This document shows, piece after piece, positions 49,334-63,134 of a stretch of DNA of 64,000 nucleotides. This DNA is from Zancudomyces culisetae HAW-14-8 (taxonomy: Eukaryota > Fungi > Kickxellomycota). The stretch spans positions 2,294,001-2,358,000 of the forward strand of contig JBNJNM010000021.1 of assembly GCA_052426225.1 (NCBI GenBank), written 5' to 3'. Below the pieces are notes generated by a model. The model did not search any database and was not told the DNA's origin. It saw only the letters and a list, made by a program, of their open reading frames with translations. Position 1 is the stretch's first letter; each line of letters opens with the position of its first letter. The position numbers were made by a program, and so were the translations under genes.

Positions 49334-50780
49334 ATTTTTGTTAGACCATTTATTAATCTAGTCTATCTGGTTCTACTAGAGGGGTGACATCACTAGAATG
49401 GGTTTAACCCTTTTTAACTAGTTACCACTTTCTAGTTATACTTAAAGCGGAGCTGGTACATTTATATGGGTATAAATTGACAATTTATTAATTTTTAGAG
49501 CCATAATTTTTATTTTAGTAAATACATATTTTTTTATGATATTAAAATAGTCTTTACTAAAAAGTATTGTTAATTCTGGTACTATCACGCCTTAATGTTT
49601 TCCGCGGTTTAAATCATTTTTCTTAAAAAAAGCAACTTGTCTATATTTGAAATGGTTAATCTACATTTTGATCAACCTATAACTAAATACAATACCCATT
49701 TCTTTACAATTTTATATTACAAATTGAATAAAGTTTGGAAAAATAAGCTGTACATGTATATATTGAACTTATCATCTTTACATATCATTAACATAGTTGA
49801 GGGGTTTCACACTTGCGGAGAGACTTTAGTGTCTATATGAAACGCTTTGTGTTCTGAAAATAATGTGAATGGCCCCAGTGATAGAATAACAAAAGAGTAA
49901 AAATAGTTAATATATTTGATTTCAATAATGTCAAATATTCAAATCTGATTGTGCAACCTGTCACGTAGTACAAGCTGTGTTTGTATTTTTAGACTAGGAT
50001 GCTGTAATATGTTATTGAATTGTGCATATAAATATTTCTTTTCGAGTAATATAAATGATATGTCCAAGTTATTCATAAACTTTAAGAACAAACGATGATG
50101 TTGCCCATAGACGATTACTCTTCTCACTATTCTCTAATAAAAGTTCAAAAATATAATTTGTGATATTACAATTTTATGAAATGGATTAACAAGATAAAAT
50201 CAAGTTTGCATTTAATTTGAATCTTCCACGGTTTCAATTATAAATTTACTTCAATTCAACTTAGCGTATTTTCTCAAATCATTTTGAAATAAAACACAAA
50301 AAAAATGAGTGAAAAAAAAATTTTCGATTACAAATTAGCAAATTCTCAAATTCACATCTAATTTGCCGAATCCTATTCGCAAGAATTGAATTACAAACCG
50401 GGTTTGAGCAGAATTCAGTAATTTACTTGATTGAACCTTTCTAGGCATTTAAAATTTTCAGCTATATATTATTATTACTATTATTATTATTTTATTAATT
50501 TTTTTATTTCAATTTTCATTTAATATTTATAGTAAAACCAAAAATTAGCCACAAATAAAGCTCAACTAAGAGAAAGAGAGGGAAGTAAAAGACAACATTA
50601 AAAGAGATAGGTCACGAGCTTGATCTATTTGATTTAAATTAAAAATACTATACAAATTGAATGAAAAGAAATACAGAACAAGTACAGAGTGGACAAGAAT
50701 CAAGTGATCCATATATTTCAACATCTCAGTAATAATAAGGGAAATAAAACGGGTGTGAGAAATCGAGAATCTGATCCAAA

Positions 50781-53517
50781 ATGTTGTTGGTTCGATCGAA
50801 TTCAAATATTAATCGGAGCATTCGAGTTCCACAATTTTTAAACAAACTATATAGGTAATACACCTTTGAATTTTTTCCACAACTCTTTATTTTTATTTGA
50901 TTCTTTTTATATGCTCAAGCTAAAAAAAATTCCGTGATGAAACTAACACTAATTAAATAAATTTTTTAGACTTGTAGACGATCCCTCAACTGACGAGTAC
51001 ATAAGGTGGTCGGATAATGGAGAATCATTTATGGGTAAGTACGGACAAATAGGAATAAAGTGAGAATTTGAATCTTTGTGTGTAGTTTTTTTAAACTTTT
51101 GTTTGTTAAAACTAAAATATACAACATTATAGTGTTTAAACAAGAAGATTTTGCGAAAGAGGTGCTGCCAAAGTATTTTAAACATAGTAACTTTTCGAGT
51201 TTTGTGCGGCAACTAAACATGTATGGATTTCACAAAGTACCACACCTGCAGTCTGGGGTGCTCAAGACGGATGGAATGGAGCCAGAGAGTTACGAATTTA
51301 GCAACGAGTATTTTATAAGAAACCAAGCGGATCTATTACATTTTGTAACACGAAACAGGGGAAGTGGGAATATCGGTGGAGGCAAAACAGGGATTGGAAT
51401 GGCTGATGGGGATGAAGGAAGCGAGGAAAGCAAGAAACGAGGTGAGCTAGTGTTAGGACAGGGAGTGGGAGCGGGAGCGGGGGGAGATGAAGTGGGAAAA
51501 TCTGGAGGCTCTACTACTGGTGCAGGAGGCAAGGGCGCGCGGGAAGGGATTCTAAACGCCAAGCTGGAAAAGCTGACTAAAGAGCTGGAAAAAGTACGAG
51601 AACACCAAACAACACTAAGTATAGAATTGAAAAAAATCAAACAGGGGCAAGAAGCGTTATGGACTGAAGCCAAAGCAAATAAAAAACGACACCAAAACCA
51701 TGAAAACACAATAGAAAAAATAATGGAGTTTTTAGCAACGATTTTTGCATCAGATAAAGGACGAAAGAAGGAACACGGAATTGGATCAGTTAGGCTGTTA
51801 TTGAAAGAGGCAGGCGAAAAGAGAGGCAGAAGCAACAGCGCAAGTGAAGGGGAAGGCGGAAGTGAAGAACCAGAAGATACGTATGGTGCTGATACGCCAG
51901 CCTCAACAGACAAAGTACCAATGACTGGGTTGTCGTCTGATCCGATATTATATGAACCCAGCAGTATTGCTAAAGGTACTGCTAGTGTTCTTGGAGGTAA
52001 AAAAAAGATCAAGTTGGATGGAGGCAGCAAAGTTACTAGTGGAATAAAAGAACTCTCGCCACGAGGAATAAATACAGTTGACGATTTTGAGCAAGCTAAA
52101 TCCTTTTCTGGTTTAGACGTAGATGGTTACAAGAATGGTGATAATTATATAAATCAAAGCAATCAACTCTTGAAGCCTCATCTTTCGTTTTTATCGCAAG
52201 ACAAACAGACTCAAAACAAAACAACAGACCTCTTTGACGTGTCTCCTTTCAACTTGGGACAACCAGCCAGTGTGTTAAACGCTGCTTGTGCTGTAGACAA
52301 CAGTGCCAATAAAACTAATGGATTTTACATAGATCCGTCTGATCAACAACTGAACCAAACCAAATGGGACGAGCTTTTGACGGGAATGAATAATGCTGGC
52401 GCGAACAACAATTCTCTTTCAGAAATGTCAGGTTTAAAATCACCCAAACTAGACCACTTTGATCAGCTAGTCAATAATCTGGCTTTATTTTCTGACCAAT
52501 CAACCTCTTCAAATCCATCAAATCCATCTAATCCATCTAATTCCTCCAACCAATCCTCGAACCAGTCTTCTAACTACAATACTTTGTACCCAGCCTTGAA
52601 TTTAGAATACAATCCAAATCTATTACTGAAATCCCCCAGTCTCCAGTCTCCTCAACCTCCTCTCTCTCCCTCGACGTTTCTTGATCTTTTGATCAATCCA
52701 AACCCCAACATTCCCAACATTCCCAACATCCCTAAAATTCCCAACATTTCCAACACTAAGCCTGATAGCACAAATTCCAACCCCCATCAAGTAAATATTT
52801 CTGACCTTGGAAATTTTCCTTTAATCGGTTTTAATAGCGATAACGACAATTCCCAGAAGAAACAGCAACAACAACAACATCAGTTTGCATTACAACAAAT
52901 TATGCCTTCTACAATTACCACTAGCACCAACACCAACACCAACACCAACACTAATACTAATACTAACACAAACGCAAATATGTTGGTCAAATCACCCGGC
53001 TCTACAAACAACTCTCTGGATAACTTGCTGGCTCTTTCTCAACTCAGCCAAGCCAATCTAGCTCCTCTATCCAACTTGAACTCACTCCCAGTAAATAACA
53101 TTAACAATAACCTCATTGCCAGCATCAATAATATTAACAATGACAATAATGCTGACAAGAATAACCAAATCGAAAATACTACCAACAATCTTAATATTCA
53201 AAAACTAGCTATGGCTCTGTCTCAATGTACCCCTGAACAGTTGGAAATGCTCATCAAACTTGTAGCGCTTAACAACAACAACAATAACATTAATCATGGT
53301 AATCTGATTAGCGACACTAATTTACTTGGCGACAACCCTCTTGTTTTAAAAAAAAAACCAAAGTCCAAGGATAAGGGTAAAAGCAAATCCAAAAAAAGGT
53401 TAAAATCCAATAACCTGTCTCTCCAACTCCCATTGTTGACACCATCAAATAATATTAGTAGTAATAACAATAACAATAACAATAACAATAACAATAACAA
53501 TAGCAACAACAGCAACG

Positions 53518-53549
<32 letters not shown>

Positions 53550-53708
53550 TTGAATAACGCAAACAACAGCAATATTAACTTTGCTATAGATGGTAATACT
53601 GCTATAAACAGCGAGGATTCTTTAAACCAACTCCTTGGCTTATTTGGCCAAAACCCAACCACAAAGCCATCATCTCCTTCACAATCCTCGACTTTTAGTT
53701 CACTCTAA
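50781..53708 (+). CDS. HSF1: Heat shock transcription factor (3 exons)
   Basis: [65 protein letters not shown] DNA-binding domain, HR-A/B coiled coil (QEALWTE...IEKIMEFLA), Asn-rich tail. Confidence 0.9.
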
Positions 53709-54393
53709 CCTCCCTCCCTGTACTTTTGTATTTTTGTATTTTCTTTTGCTTTGATTTGATTTTTATAGTTGATAAATCAAAACAAGTAAAGAGAGAAAAA
53801 AATTTATTTTTTATTTTTTGCTTTTCCTTTCACTTGGATCTGTAAATAAACACCAACTAAAACTTTTTTTTTCTGTTCCTGAAAAAACTGAATCCACCCT
53901 TCCTCATCGCTAGTTGCTCCTCCGCAACTTCCCCTTGGATCCACTAACGTGTGCACCACAGCACATCCACATTTTCATGCAGTGTTTGGTTGGATTTTGT
54001 AGAGGTGGTTTATGGGTGCTGTGATCACGATTTGTGTGATTTTTTATTTTCACAGTCTTGATTCAAGCAACTAATTGGTCAAAAAATCGAGAAAGTTTGA
54101 GCTTTGTGATTGAAACTCGCTCTTTTTGTTAATTTTTTTTTATCAATGTTTTTATTTTATTTTTTTATTTGGTGTTAGTAAATAGAATGTTTCGTAGATT
54201 TAACCAGAAATATTAGCTTGGTGACACTTTTATTCTCGGTCAAGAAATCAGCAATATTAGTTTTATCTACCAGTATGTTCAATTACTTTTAGTCTTTTTG
54301 CTATTTTAGAGCTTGATATTTTAGCAGACTATATTTTATAAATTAACTACCCAAATTCTAGGAATTAGATTTCTTTTAATCGTATAAAATAAA

Positions 54394-55006
54394 ATGATTA
54401 GTGCAAGCAAGAGGTGCAGCAGTATCCTTTCCAGGTAAATTCGAATTTGACATTTAATAAACAACAGTATATTGTGTAAATATTATAAATTTTCAAATAC
54501 AGATAGTCTCGAATTGGGTCCTAGAAATGAAAATATAATCATAATAAAAAAAACTTAGGAATTTTGGCCTTGTACCTAAAACAAGAGCGTTCAGTAGTAC
54601 CAAGACACAAAGAACCGAATCCAGCGGCTCAAAAGATGGAAAAATAAACAAATACAGCAAAATTATTACACAGCCCGTCGAACATGGATCCGCCCAAGCC
54701 ATGTTATATGCCACAGGACTCAACAAGAGCGACTTTGACAAGGCTCAAGTAGGAATATCCAGTGTGTGGTTTGAAGGAAATCCTTGTAATATGCATCTGT
54801 TGGATTTGTCTGCCAAAGTTAAAGAGGGAGTACAGGCAGCAGGATTGGTTGGATACCGCTTCAACACTATTGGTGTGAGTGATGGAATCAGTATGGGAAC
54901 TAAAGGAATGTCATACTCGCTACAATCTAGAGATTTGATTGCAGACTCTATAGAAACCGTAAGTTTTATTTTTATTTTTTTACCATATTGGTCACATAAC
55001 TTTCAA

Positions 55007-55051
<45 letters not shown>

Positions 55052-56470
55052 CTACACATTGATTATAAAAAATTGACTTTTTAAATATTAATAATCAAAT
55101 ACATGAATCTATAGACAATGGGAGGTCAATGGTACGACGCAAACATTTCGATTCCCGGATGTGACAAGAACATGCCTGGTGTGCTGATGGCTATGGCACG
55201 GCTCAACCGACCATCACTGATGGTATACGGTGGATCAATCAAGCCTGGAGTAGGCTGTGGTGGTGAAGTGCTCGACGTTGTATCAACATTCGAGGCGTAT
55301 GGCCAGTATGTAGCTGGTAAGATCACCGAGGACAAGCGCCAGGACATTATCCAGCACGCATGTCCAGGCCCAGGCGCCTGCGGTGGAATGTACACTGCCA
55401 ATACAATGGCATCCGCAGCCGAAGCGATGGGTATGACCCTCCCATTCAGCTCATCCTCGGTCGCTGCATCCTCTGAAAAACTCGAAGAATGCTACAACGC
55501 CGGCTTTGTCATCCGCAATTTGCTGGAGAACGATATCAAGCCACGCGATATCATGACACGCAAGGCCTTTGAAAACGCGATTACCACTGTTATCGCTATG
55601 GGTGGCTCAACCAACGCCGTTTTGCACCTCATCGCCATTGCCCGCGCCGCCGAGGTTAAGTTGTCCATCGATGATTTCCAGGAAATCAGCGACCGCGTGC
55701 CATTCCTCGCTGACATGAAACCATCTGGTAAGTATGTCATGAACGATTTGGCTAGAATCGGTGGCACTCCTGCTATCCTTAAAATGCTTCTGGACGAAGG
55801 ATTCTTGCATCCTGATTGTATCACTGTTACTGGAAAGACTCTTGCTGAAAACTTAAAGTCTGTCAACCCGCTTCCATCCGGCCAAGACATCATTAAACCC
55901 GTCTCCAATCCTATTAAGCCCACAGGCCATCTTCAGATACTCTACGGAAACTTGGCACCTGAGGGCTCTGTTGCCAAAATCACCGGCAAGGAAGGTCTGC
56001 ACTTCTCTGGTCCTGCAATTGTCTTTGATAGGGAAGAGGACATGCTTGTTGCCCTTGCCAAGAATCAAATCAAGGCCGGCCATGTCATCATCATCCGTTA
56101 CTGCGGCCCTAAGGGTGGTCCTGGAATGCCTGAAATGCTTACCCCAACCTCTGCCATCATGGGTGCAGGCCTCGGCAAGGACGTCGCTCTCCTCACAGAT
56201 GGCCGCTTCTCCGGTGGCTCCCACGGCTTCATCATTGGCCACATCACCCCTGAAGCCCAAGTTGGTGGTCCTATTGCTCTCGTTCGCGATGGTGACGTTG
56301 TGTCAATTGATGCTGAAAACCGCGTCTTGTCTCTTCACGTCTCTGATGCCGAGCTGGCTAACCGAAAATCGTCTTTTGTAGCTCCTCCCTACAAAGCCAA
56401 AAACGGAACCCTTTACAAATACATCAAGAACGTCAAATCAGCATCTGTAGGTTGTGTCACTGACGAATAA
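54394..56470 (+). CDS. ILV3: Dihydroxy-acid dehydratase, mitochondrial (3 exons)
   Basis: Presequence, [62 protein letters not shown]. Confidence 0.97.
55008..55047. repeat. (CA)n microsatellite in ILV3 intron 2
   Basis: About 20 CA units. Confidence 0.9.
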
Positions 56471-58065
56471 TCTTCTGTTTACCCTTTAATTTTTTTTACT
56501 CTCTCTCGTCATTTTGCTCCCAATTCACACATTAATAAACGGTTCGTTAATTATAATAAAACTGGAGATGTGGTATGTGCTTATCATTTGCCGACAAATG
56601 TAAATCATAACATGCTATACTACGCTTACAAAAACCCAGCTTTGGTACTGATGCTGTTGTTTTAACTATGGCTGACAAAACCTTAGACTTACTTGCGGGT
56701 CGCCAAATTCGACCCTATATATACTATTCTTTATTTTTCTTCTCAAGACCATAAATAACAAACAAGTGACATAAAAACGCTCTACCCTGCATGCTACCCA
56801 ATAAAACTCTGTTGATGGATTTACACTCAAATAATTATGCCACACAGCTACTTGTGGCTCTTTGTTTATAAAATATTACGTATTCTTAACTCCTTTTCCT
56901 ATATCTTCTCATTGATCTTATCTCTAAAAACAACAGCTGTATTTGCTTTAAGCATACCGGCTTTTATGAAAGCAACTATAATTCTTTTAAAAATACAGGA
57001 TCCAATAACCAAGCGATTATGATATAATATCCCCAATACTACGATACTTGTCCCAAATGAAAATTTCAGTGTCATATACGAAGTTCAGTACCTTTTTCCC
57101 TTTGGAGTTTTTTTTTCTGCTTAAACTCCTAAACGAGTTATTTATTAATTTAATGGAATGTAATTTATAATATAAAAAATCACAAATTTTGGAATCTAAG
57201 ACAGTTTAATTTAACATCGGAATTTTGGTAACTGTCTACTTTAAATTTGAATTAACAACAGTTTCTAGTCAAATATATTGAAACATGTTTGCGGTAAAAA
57301 AAAAGTATATTTGATCAAAAGAATTTCGGACTAGTAAAAAAAGCTTTAGATCTGAAAACTTTGAGCAAAATTGGTACGAATCAGTCGGCACTTACCCATT
57401 TCACTTTGTACTAAGCCGAATGTGTACAACATTTTCATAAATCACCTGAATGTTGCAATTTAATATGGAAAATCACATCAACAATTGCCGTTTACAAGTT
57501 AATTTTAATACATCTAAGTTCGTCTAACAATATTTTGAGTGCCAACACCACTAGCTGACAAGATAATTGTCGTTATTAGTATACCTGTTTATAGATGTGA
57601 TTCTAAATATCTATATAATTAATCGTCTCACACTTTAGTCTATCTCTTCGCGTTTTTCCCTATTACTGCGCTATTTAAAACTAAACTATTGTATATAATC
57701 TCAACTAACTGGACCAAAAATCCTTATACCAGCTCCTGTTTTCTTGAATGTATAATAACTGAATCTTATGTCATTGATAAAACAAAAAACTTTGGAGTTT
57801 CCTTTAAACAAAAGCAATCTTCTCAACTATATATAAAATGTTCCTATTAAAGCTAATACAGCTTGTATTAAACAGGTTATATATTACAATTTATATTGTT
57901 ACTCAATTCTCTGTATCTTTTAAAATTATTCTTTTCGCTAACACAGAGGTGTTAGAATGAAAATAAAAAGTAAAAAAAAAGACAAGTCTTAGACTTATTT
58001 TTTAACTTCAAGTAGCGCTTAGTGTAGAGTAGAATATTACACTTACTAAATAACTCAAAGTAAAA

Positions 58066-59052
58066 ATGGGGCTAATTGCGATTAATACAAAAGGGCTTAG
58101 AACATTGCTAATATCGCTGCTACTGGTTATATCCATAACCTTAGTATACCTTCTATCGCAGAGATCGCTATGCACCGGTAATTTTGGTGAAGGTGGTAGA
58201 GTGTTTTTGAGCCAAGCAACAAGTAAAGATGAAAAAGATTATATCGTAAAAGACATTTTAGATAGCAATGAGCATGAAAACGATGACACTCTTCGTTACC
58301 GAGGCAATGATATAACTAATATTGTTAAAATCGGCAAAAGTGGTAAATATGAAGGTTTCAAATACATCAAGCTAGCAGATATTTCGGAAGGAACAAGTAT
58401 AACCAACCTTGTAACATTCAACAAAAACAATTCAGACTATGCAATCATCATACCCATATCCCCAGCAGACGATATATTCTGGATAAAAAACTTGTACTAT
58501 GGCTTTAATGTTTTAACAGTATGTGATAAAGACGATCCAAGAACACAACAAAAACATTTATGTGATATTGTGCTAGACGATAACTATGAATACCACACAC
58601 TTGCCAAAAAAACAAATGACATGATTAGTAAAATCTGTAAGACACTTCCGCGGTACAAAACAATTGTAAAACTTGATTTTGACATTGTTATAAACAAAAG
58701 CTACTTGGCTGCTATGCTCAAATTGATGGGTGCAAATCCTGACAAGAGAATCTACTTTGGCGATCCAAACTATAAAAAAGATAGTAAAGTCATATCTATG
58801 AATGGTAAAGTGTATGCATTTACCAGAAGGCTACTTGAAGATTTTTGCAGTTGTACAAAGGTGCCAGAAACAGAGTACGGTATGTTGGAAGATAATTGGT
58901 TTGGGGATACGCTTGCAGAGTGCGCACTCCAAATAAATGAAGAGTTTAATTACAATGATGAGTATATTTTTATATTCTCAGATGAATCGCAGATATATCA
59001 TAAGGAGTACACCGGGAAGAGTGTAAAGTTAAGAATGGGTAGATTCGCTTGA
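58066..59052 (+). CDS. Type II membrane putative GT-A glycosyltransferase (GT31/fringe-like)
   Basis: N-terminal TM helix, YHTLAKKT, IVKLDFD (DxD), IYFG, MNGKVYAFTRRLL, LEDNWFG. The family call is by pattern only. Confidence 0.6.
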   Translation: MGLIAINTKGLRTLLISLLLVISITLVYLLSQRSLCTGNFGEGGRVFLSQATSKDEKDYIVKDILDSNEHENDDTLRYRGNDITNIVKIGKSGKYEGFKYIKLADISEGTSITNLVTFNKNNSDYAIIIPISPADDIFWIKNLYYGFNVLTVCDKDDPRTQQKHLCDIVLDDNYEYHTLAKKTNDMISKICKTLPRYKTIVKLDFDIVINKSYLAAMLKLMGANPDKRIYFGDPNYKKDSKVISMNGKVYAFTRRLLEDFCSCTKVPETEYGMLEDNWFGDTLAECALQINEEFNYNDEYIFIFSDESQIYHKEYTGKSVKLRMGRFA

Positions 59053-59468
59053 TGTCCTTACACATTCAAAAATAAATATTTTAGTAGAATCGTAATTTAC
59101 ACTTTTTCCCCTTTGTTTTCATGATATAATAGTAGCTTTGTGATGTATAAAATATGAGTTGAGTAAAACCGTTATATTAAATTAATGCTTGATATAAACA
59201 TAAAAGTGTTCAACAGTAAACAAATAGACTAATACAAAAAAGTTTACTACAACAATCGGTCAACACGAGGTATGATAGTGTTTTATAAAAGAATAGATAT
59301 GCATTTACACAAAAACAGACTAAACTATATCGAAACTTTATAAAAAAAGGACGCTGTTGGAACTGGAATAGACAGTGTTTTTGACAAATTTAAAAAACAA
59401 AAGTAAAGGAAAATGATAAATAATCAGCAATGTTGCTTATATATTAAAACGTACAAAAGCCGTGTAGT

Positions 59469-60457
59469 TTACAGAAACAACTCCCAATCGTTAATGACAA
59501 GGGTTGAGACACAGGCAATCAAGTTGTCCAGAGTTATCTTATCCTGATCACTCATCGACGAGTATTGCGAAATATCGTCTGACTTGCCTTTGGGTGAATT
59601 GATCGTAATCAAAATGTCCGCTTTTACTTTTTCTATACGAATCAGTACAAGGTACACACCCAATAAATCAACATCTTTATTTTGGTCGCTGGAGCCATGG
59701 TTAAACTTGGATACTGTTTGTACACCAAATCCTTGAATCATTGTACATCCGCTATTTCTCATCCAAACCCATGCAATGTTAAAAAGCGGTAAAAGCAAAA
59801 GTAATATTATAAGTAAATAATACAATATTTTACCTTAGGCTCTCTGAGAGCTCGACACTTGAAATCTCTGATAGTAGTAGTTTGTGGAGTTTGGCATCGT
59901 TTTCTTCAGCAAGATTATCAAAATGCACCCTAAATTTGTTTGACATATCAAATATCATATTTATTGTACATATATATGATTGAATGCGGTTTTGTGTAAA
60001 GTTTTAAAATGAATATAAATCTGCTCTAGAGTTTTGGTTCTCTTCTTTTAAGGTCTTGATTTAAAATAAATAAAAAATAGTATAAATAATTACCTTAGAG
60101 CTTCACTGTTGGGGACATCTTGATGCTCTAGAATTTCAACTATTAAACTTTCGTCATTTTCGGGATTCAAAAATACCTCTTGATTGTCAGGGATCTGCCT
60201 TATTTGACTACATGTAATAAAATAAACAAAGGCTATCAACTCAACTCTTTAGCGTTTATTTTTGACCTTAGTGGTGTAGAACTAAAGCCGGTATATAACA
60301 GAACTTAGGAGAGTAAGTCCTGAGGGCTAAGAGTAGGGGGATGGGGGATGAGAGATGAGGGAGGGAGAATAAAAAGAAATGTTTACCTTGCATCCAGTAA
60401 TGTGTTAGGAATGCTGATCGACATGTAGCCACCATAGAGTTCGTGAGTAACGTTCAT
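59469..60457 (-). CDS. MOG1: Ran guanine-nucleotide release factor Mog1 (4 exons)
   Basis: ELYGGYMSISIP...DAS-QIRQIPDNQEVF...SLIVEILE...HFDNLAEEND...LIRIEKVKADILITIN...INDWELF. Confidence 0.9.
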
Positions 60458-61200
60458 TTCGAGTAGCGTTGGCCTTTTTTTGGAATTGTTTGCTTTTCCC
60501 TCCTCTTCTGTTATGAGTGTAAATATCTATATCCATTATTTTTTGTTTGCAAAAGATCATCAGATGAACACTAATTGGAAAAGATAATTGGACAAAAAAA
60601 GGATGAAGAAGTAGGGAGAAACTGGTTGGAGTGGAGGATTGGGCTTGGAAGTCGGGTATTTAATTCAATGACCAATTTCGTAGTTTGGGAATTTCAGCGT
60701 TTTGTGTGTGTAATTTTGCAAGCTGAATTAGGGTGTATAAGGGAAAAATGAAAAAAGATCTGGCTTAAAGACTAAACACCAGAAATATATACTTGTGTAA
60801 TATATCCAGTAAAATGAAGGCTTCCAGTCATTGGAACTACATTTTACAACTTGTTTCAATTCAGTTTCAGGTACTAGTTTATGTATAAAGTGAATATTTA
60901 GCGAGTTAGCAAGGATTTGGGTATAAAAAAACAGTTATCATTATTTTAGGATTAAATAGTTGACAAAGCCAAAAAAAATCAAGAAAAAAGTTCTTTAATC
61001 AGATAAAAAAAAAGTGTACAATTTATAAAACAGATTTGATAAGCTTGGTATTGGATACTTGGTAATTGGTATCTAATATAAAGAGCACTATAGGAAATAT
61101 TCAAAAATAATCGAGAAGAATAAATAGATGGAAGGGCCCAAAATCAAATACGAGGCTTTTGATTCCTCTGGAGCTCTTTTCAACACTATCACTTGACTCC

Positions 61201-61809
61201 TTAACCTTCCGTACATACAGGTATCTTAAAGTTATAATTACAAGTAGGACATTTGTCTGAGACATACAGCAAGTGCTCATTAATACATCCGATATGAAAG
61301 TAATGCATGCATGGCAAGTTTCTTACATAATCAAGGCTGTATATCCGACCATTGCAAATGCTACAAGGGTTATCAATAAGGAAACCAGGTAGGGATAATG
61401 ATAGTGAGTGTGAGTGTGAGTGGGGGTGTGGTGATGACGGTGTTGCCTGTGGTGTAGTTTGCGATGATGATTGTGGTGGTGATTGAATTGGTGTGATGGA
61501 GTTACTATCATAAAAACGCTGTTGAGTTTCCTCAGATAAATCCAAAATATGGTTTTTCATCACTTCAGAATACTGGACTGCCGGAAATTGCTGATCAAGT
61601 TCTTCTGGTGTAAAAAACTGTTGGTCAGTGCCGCTAGGTTTACTAACATAGCGAGGTAGATCATCATCCGAAATTCGCTTAATTTCAGCTTGTGGATGTG
61701 ATGATCGATATACATATCTACCATATACCCCCGCAACGCAAACCAAAACAAGTACTCCCAGCATTCCAAGTTGTACGAGAATGGTAGAATTCTGATATTC
61801 GAAGGCCAT
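61201..61809 (-). CDS. Single-pass membrane RING-H2 E3 ubiquitin ligase-like protein
   Basis: TM helix near the start (ATG 61809) and C-terminal CSIC...LPCMHYFHIGC...CPTC. Confidence 0.85.
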   Translation of the reverse strand: MAFEYQNSTILVQLGMLGVLVLVCVAGVYGRYVYRSSHPQAEIKRISDDDLPRYVSKPSGTDQQFFTPEELDQQFPAVQYSEVMKNHILDLSEETQQRFYDSNSITPIQSPPQSSSQTTPQATPSSPHPHSHSHSLSLSLPGFLIDNPCSICNGRIYSLDYVRNLPCMHYFHIGCINEHLLYVSDKCPTCNYNFKIPVCTEG

Positions 61810-63134
61810 TTTTCCTTTTCTTCCTTTTTGGTTGATTTTTGTAGTTGTCGTTTTTTGCAGTTGTTGATTTTTATTTTTTTGACTCTCTTTTGTCAGAATA
61901 TAAAATACAGAGATACACAAGGAAGCAAGAACTTGATGATATGCAAATACTATACATTTGGTACACATAAATACATCAGTTAAGGATAAAAAATTATCAA
62001 GTAGAGTTATACATACATTCAAGTGGTTGGGAACAATAAACAAACCATCCCCCAGGAAAAAAGCTAGTTTTATAGTTGTAACAATAATTAAGTACAAGGT
62101 ACTTGGTTGTTCTTTAAAAACATAATGTAATACAATTTAAATACCTATAAACCACAGAGTTAGTTTCGAACTTGCCAAAGTACTCAAAAAGTGTAGTGTA
62201 TGTTCAAGGATCTTAAAAGATGTCTATGTGTTAATTAGGTGCAATCCTGAGCCCTCATACATTTCTTTTTTTCGGAGGAGTGAGATATGTAGCCTATCCT
62301 TCGTTTTTCGAATATTTTCAAGTACAAGAATAAAAAATATATATGTGTAAGAGAAGATAAGAAAGAAAAAAAGATAGAGTTTAGAGACGAAATGTTAATA
62401 GAGAGAAGCCTATAACACAACCTTCAATTCTCTCTGCTTCATCCTTTCATCGTCCTTCCATTCCATTCCACTCATCTCTTCTGCTATTCCCTAATTCCCA
62501 AAAAAAAACGGCATGAAATATAATTTCCACTCTTTTTATTGATTAATCTTGTTAAAAACTGAGAAGAAATTGGCGGGATTCAGATAATAGTAAAGCATTT
62601 GAAATTTTAAGGAGGTAAAGTGTGATTTGCACAAATGAGTTTTTTATATTCTAGCTGACAAATTGTAAAAATTTTTAGCAATCAAATAAATATACAAGGG
62701 ATTAATGTATAATTAAAAAAATAGAGTGGAATATGAGTTTTAAATCCATGGCAGATTATGGTTTGTTCAATATTATGAAATACTAGATAATTGTATTAGT
62801 AGAAAAATACTCTTGATGTGTGTATGCCATTTATGAATCTTTCGAACATACTCAACCAAATGACCAAAAAAAATTTCAAAGTAAATTACTTAGAGTACAC
62901 ATTTCTGAATCGTTACCATCTAAGTCCTACTGCTGACTTCGCGTCAATTTCAATTGACTTCAATTTTCATTTTTTGATAGATATATGGGTGTGGTGGGTG
63001 GGTATCAAGCGTATTATTCTAATCGTACAATTATGATAGTTTTTGATATTATTCAAACAAACTATAATTGTATTTCGTTTGAAAAATACATTTGATGTGC
63101 ATTCAAAGTGCACTTATGCTAAATAATAAATACC

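Noticed and set aside
51290-53662. Long antisense ORFs over HSF (also over the Stm1-like gene, ILV3 and CWC15)
   Set aside because: Shadow frames of low-complexity or codon-biased coding sequence with no recognisable domains.
54422-54430. GTATCCTTT, a perfect U12-type donor, in ILV3 exon 1
   Set aside because: It gives the wrong phase for the next exon, whereas the ordinary CAG|GTAAAT donor 13 nt downstream keeps frame.
55118-56470. GC-rich ILV3 exon (and the Stm1-like gene) as possible horizontal transfer
   Set aside because: ILV3 has introns, a mitochondrial presequence and fungal-type sequence. C-ending codon bias of highly expressed genes explains the shift.
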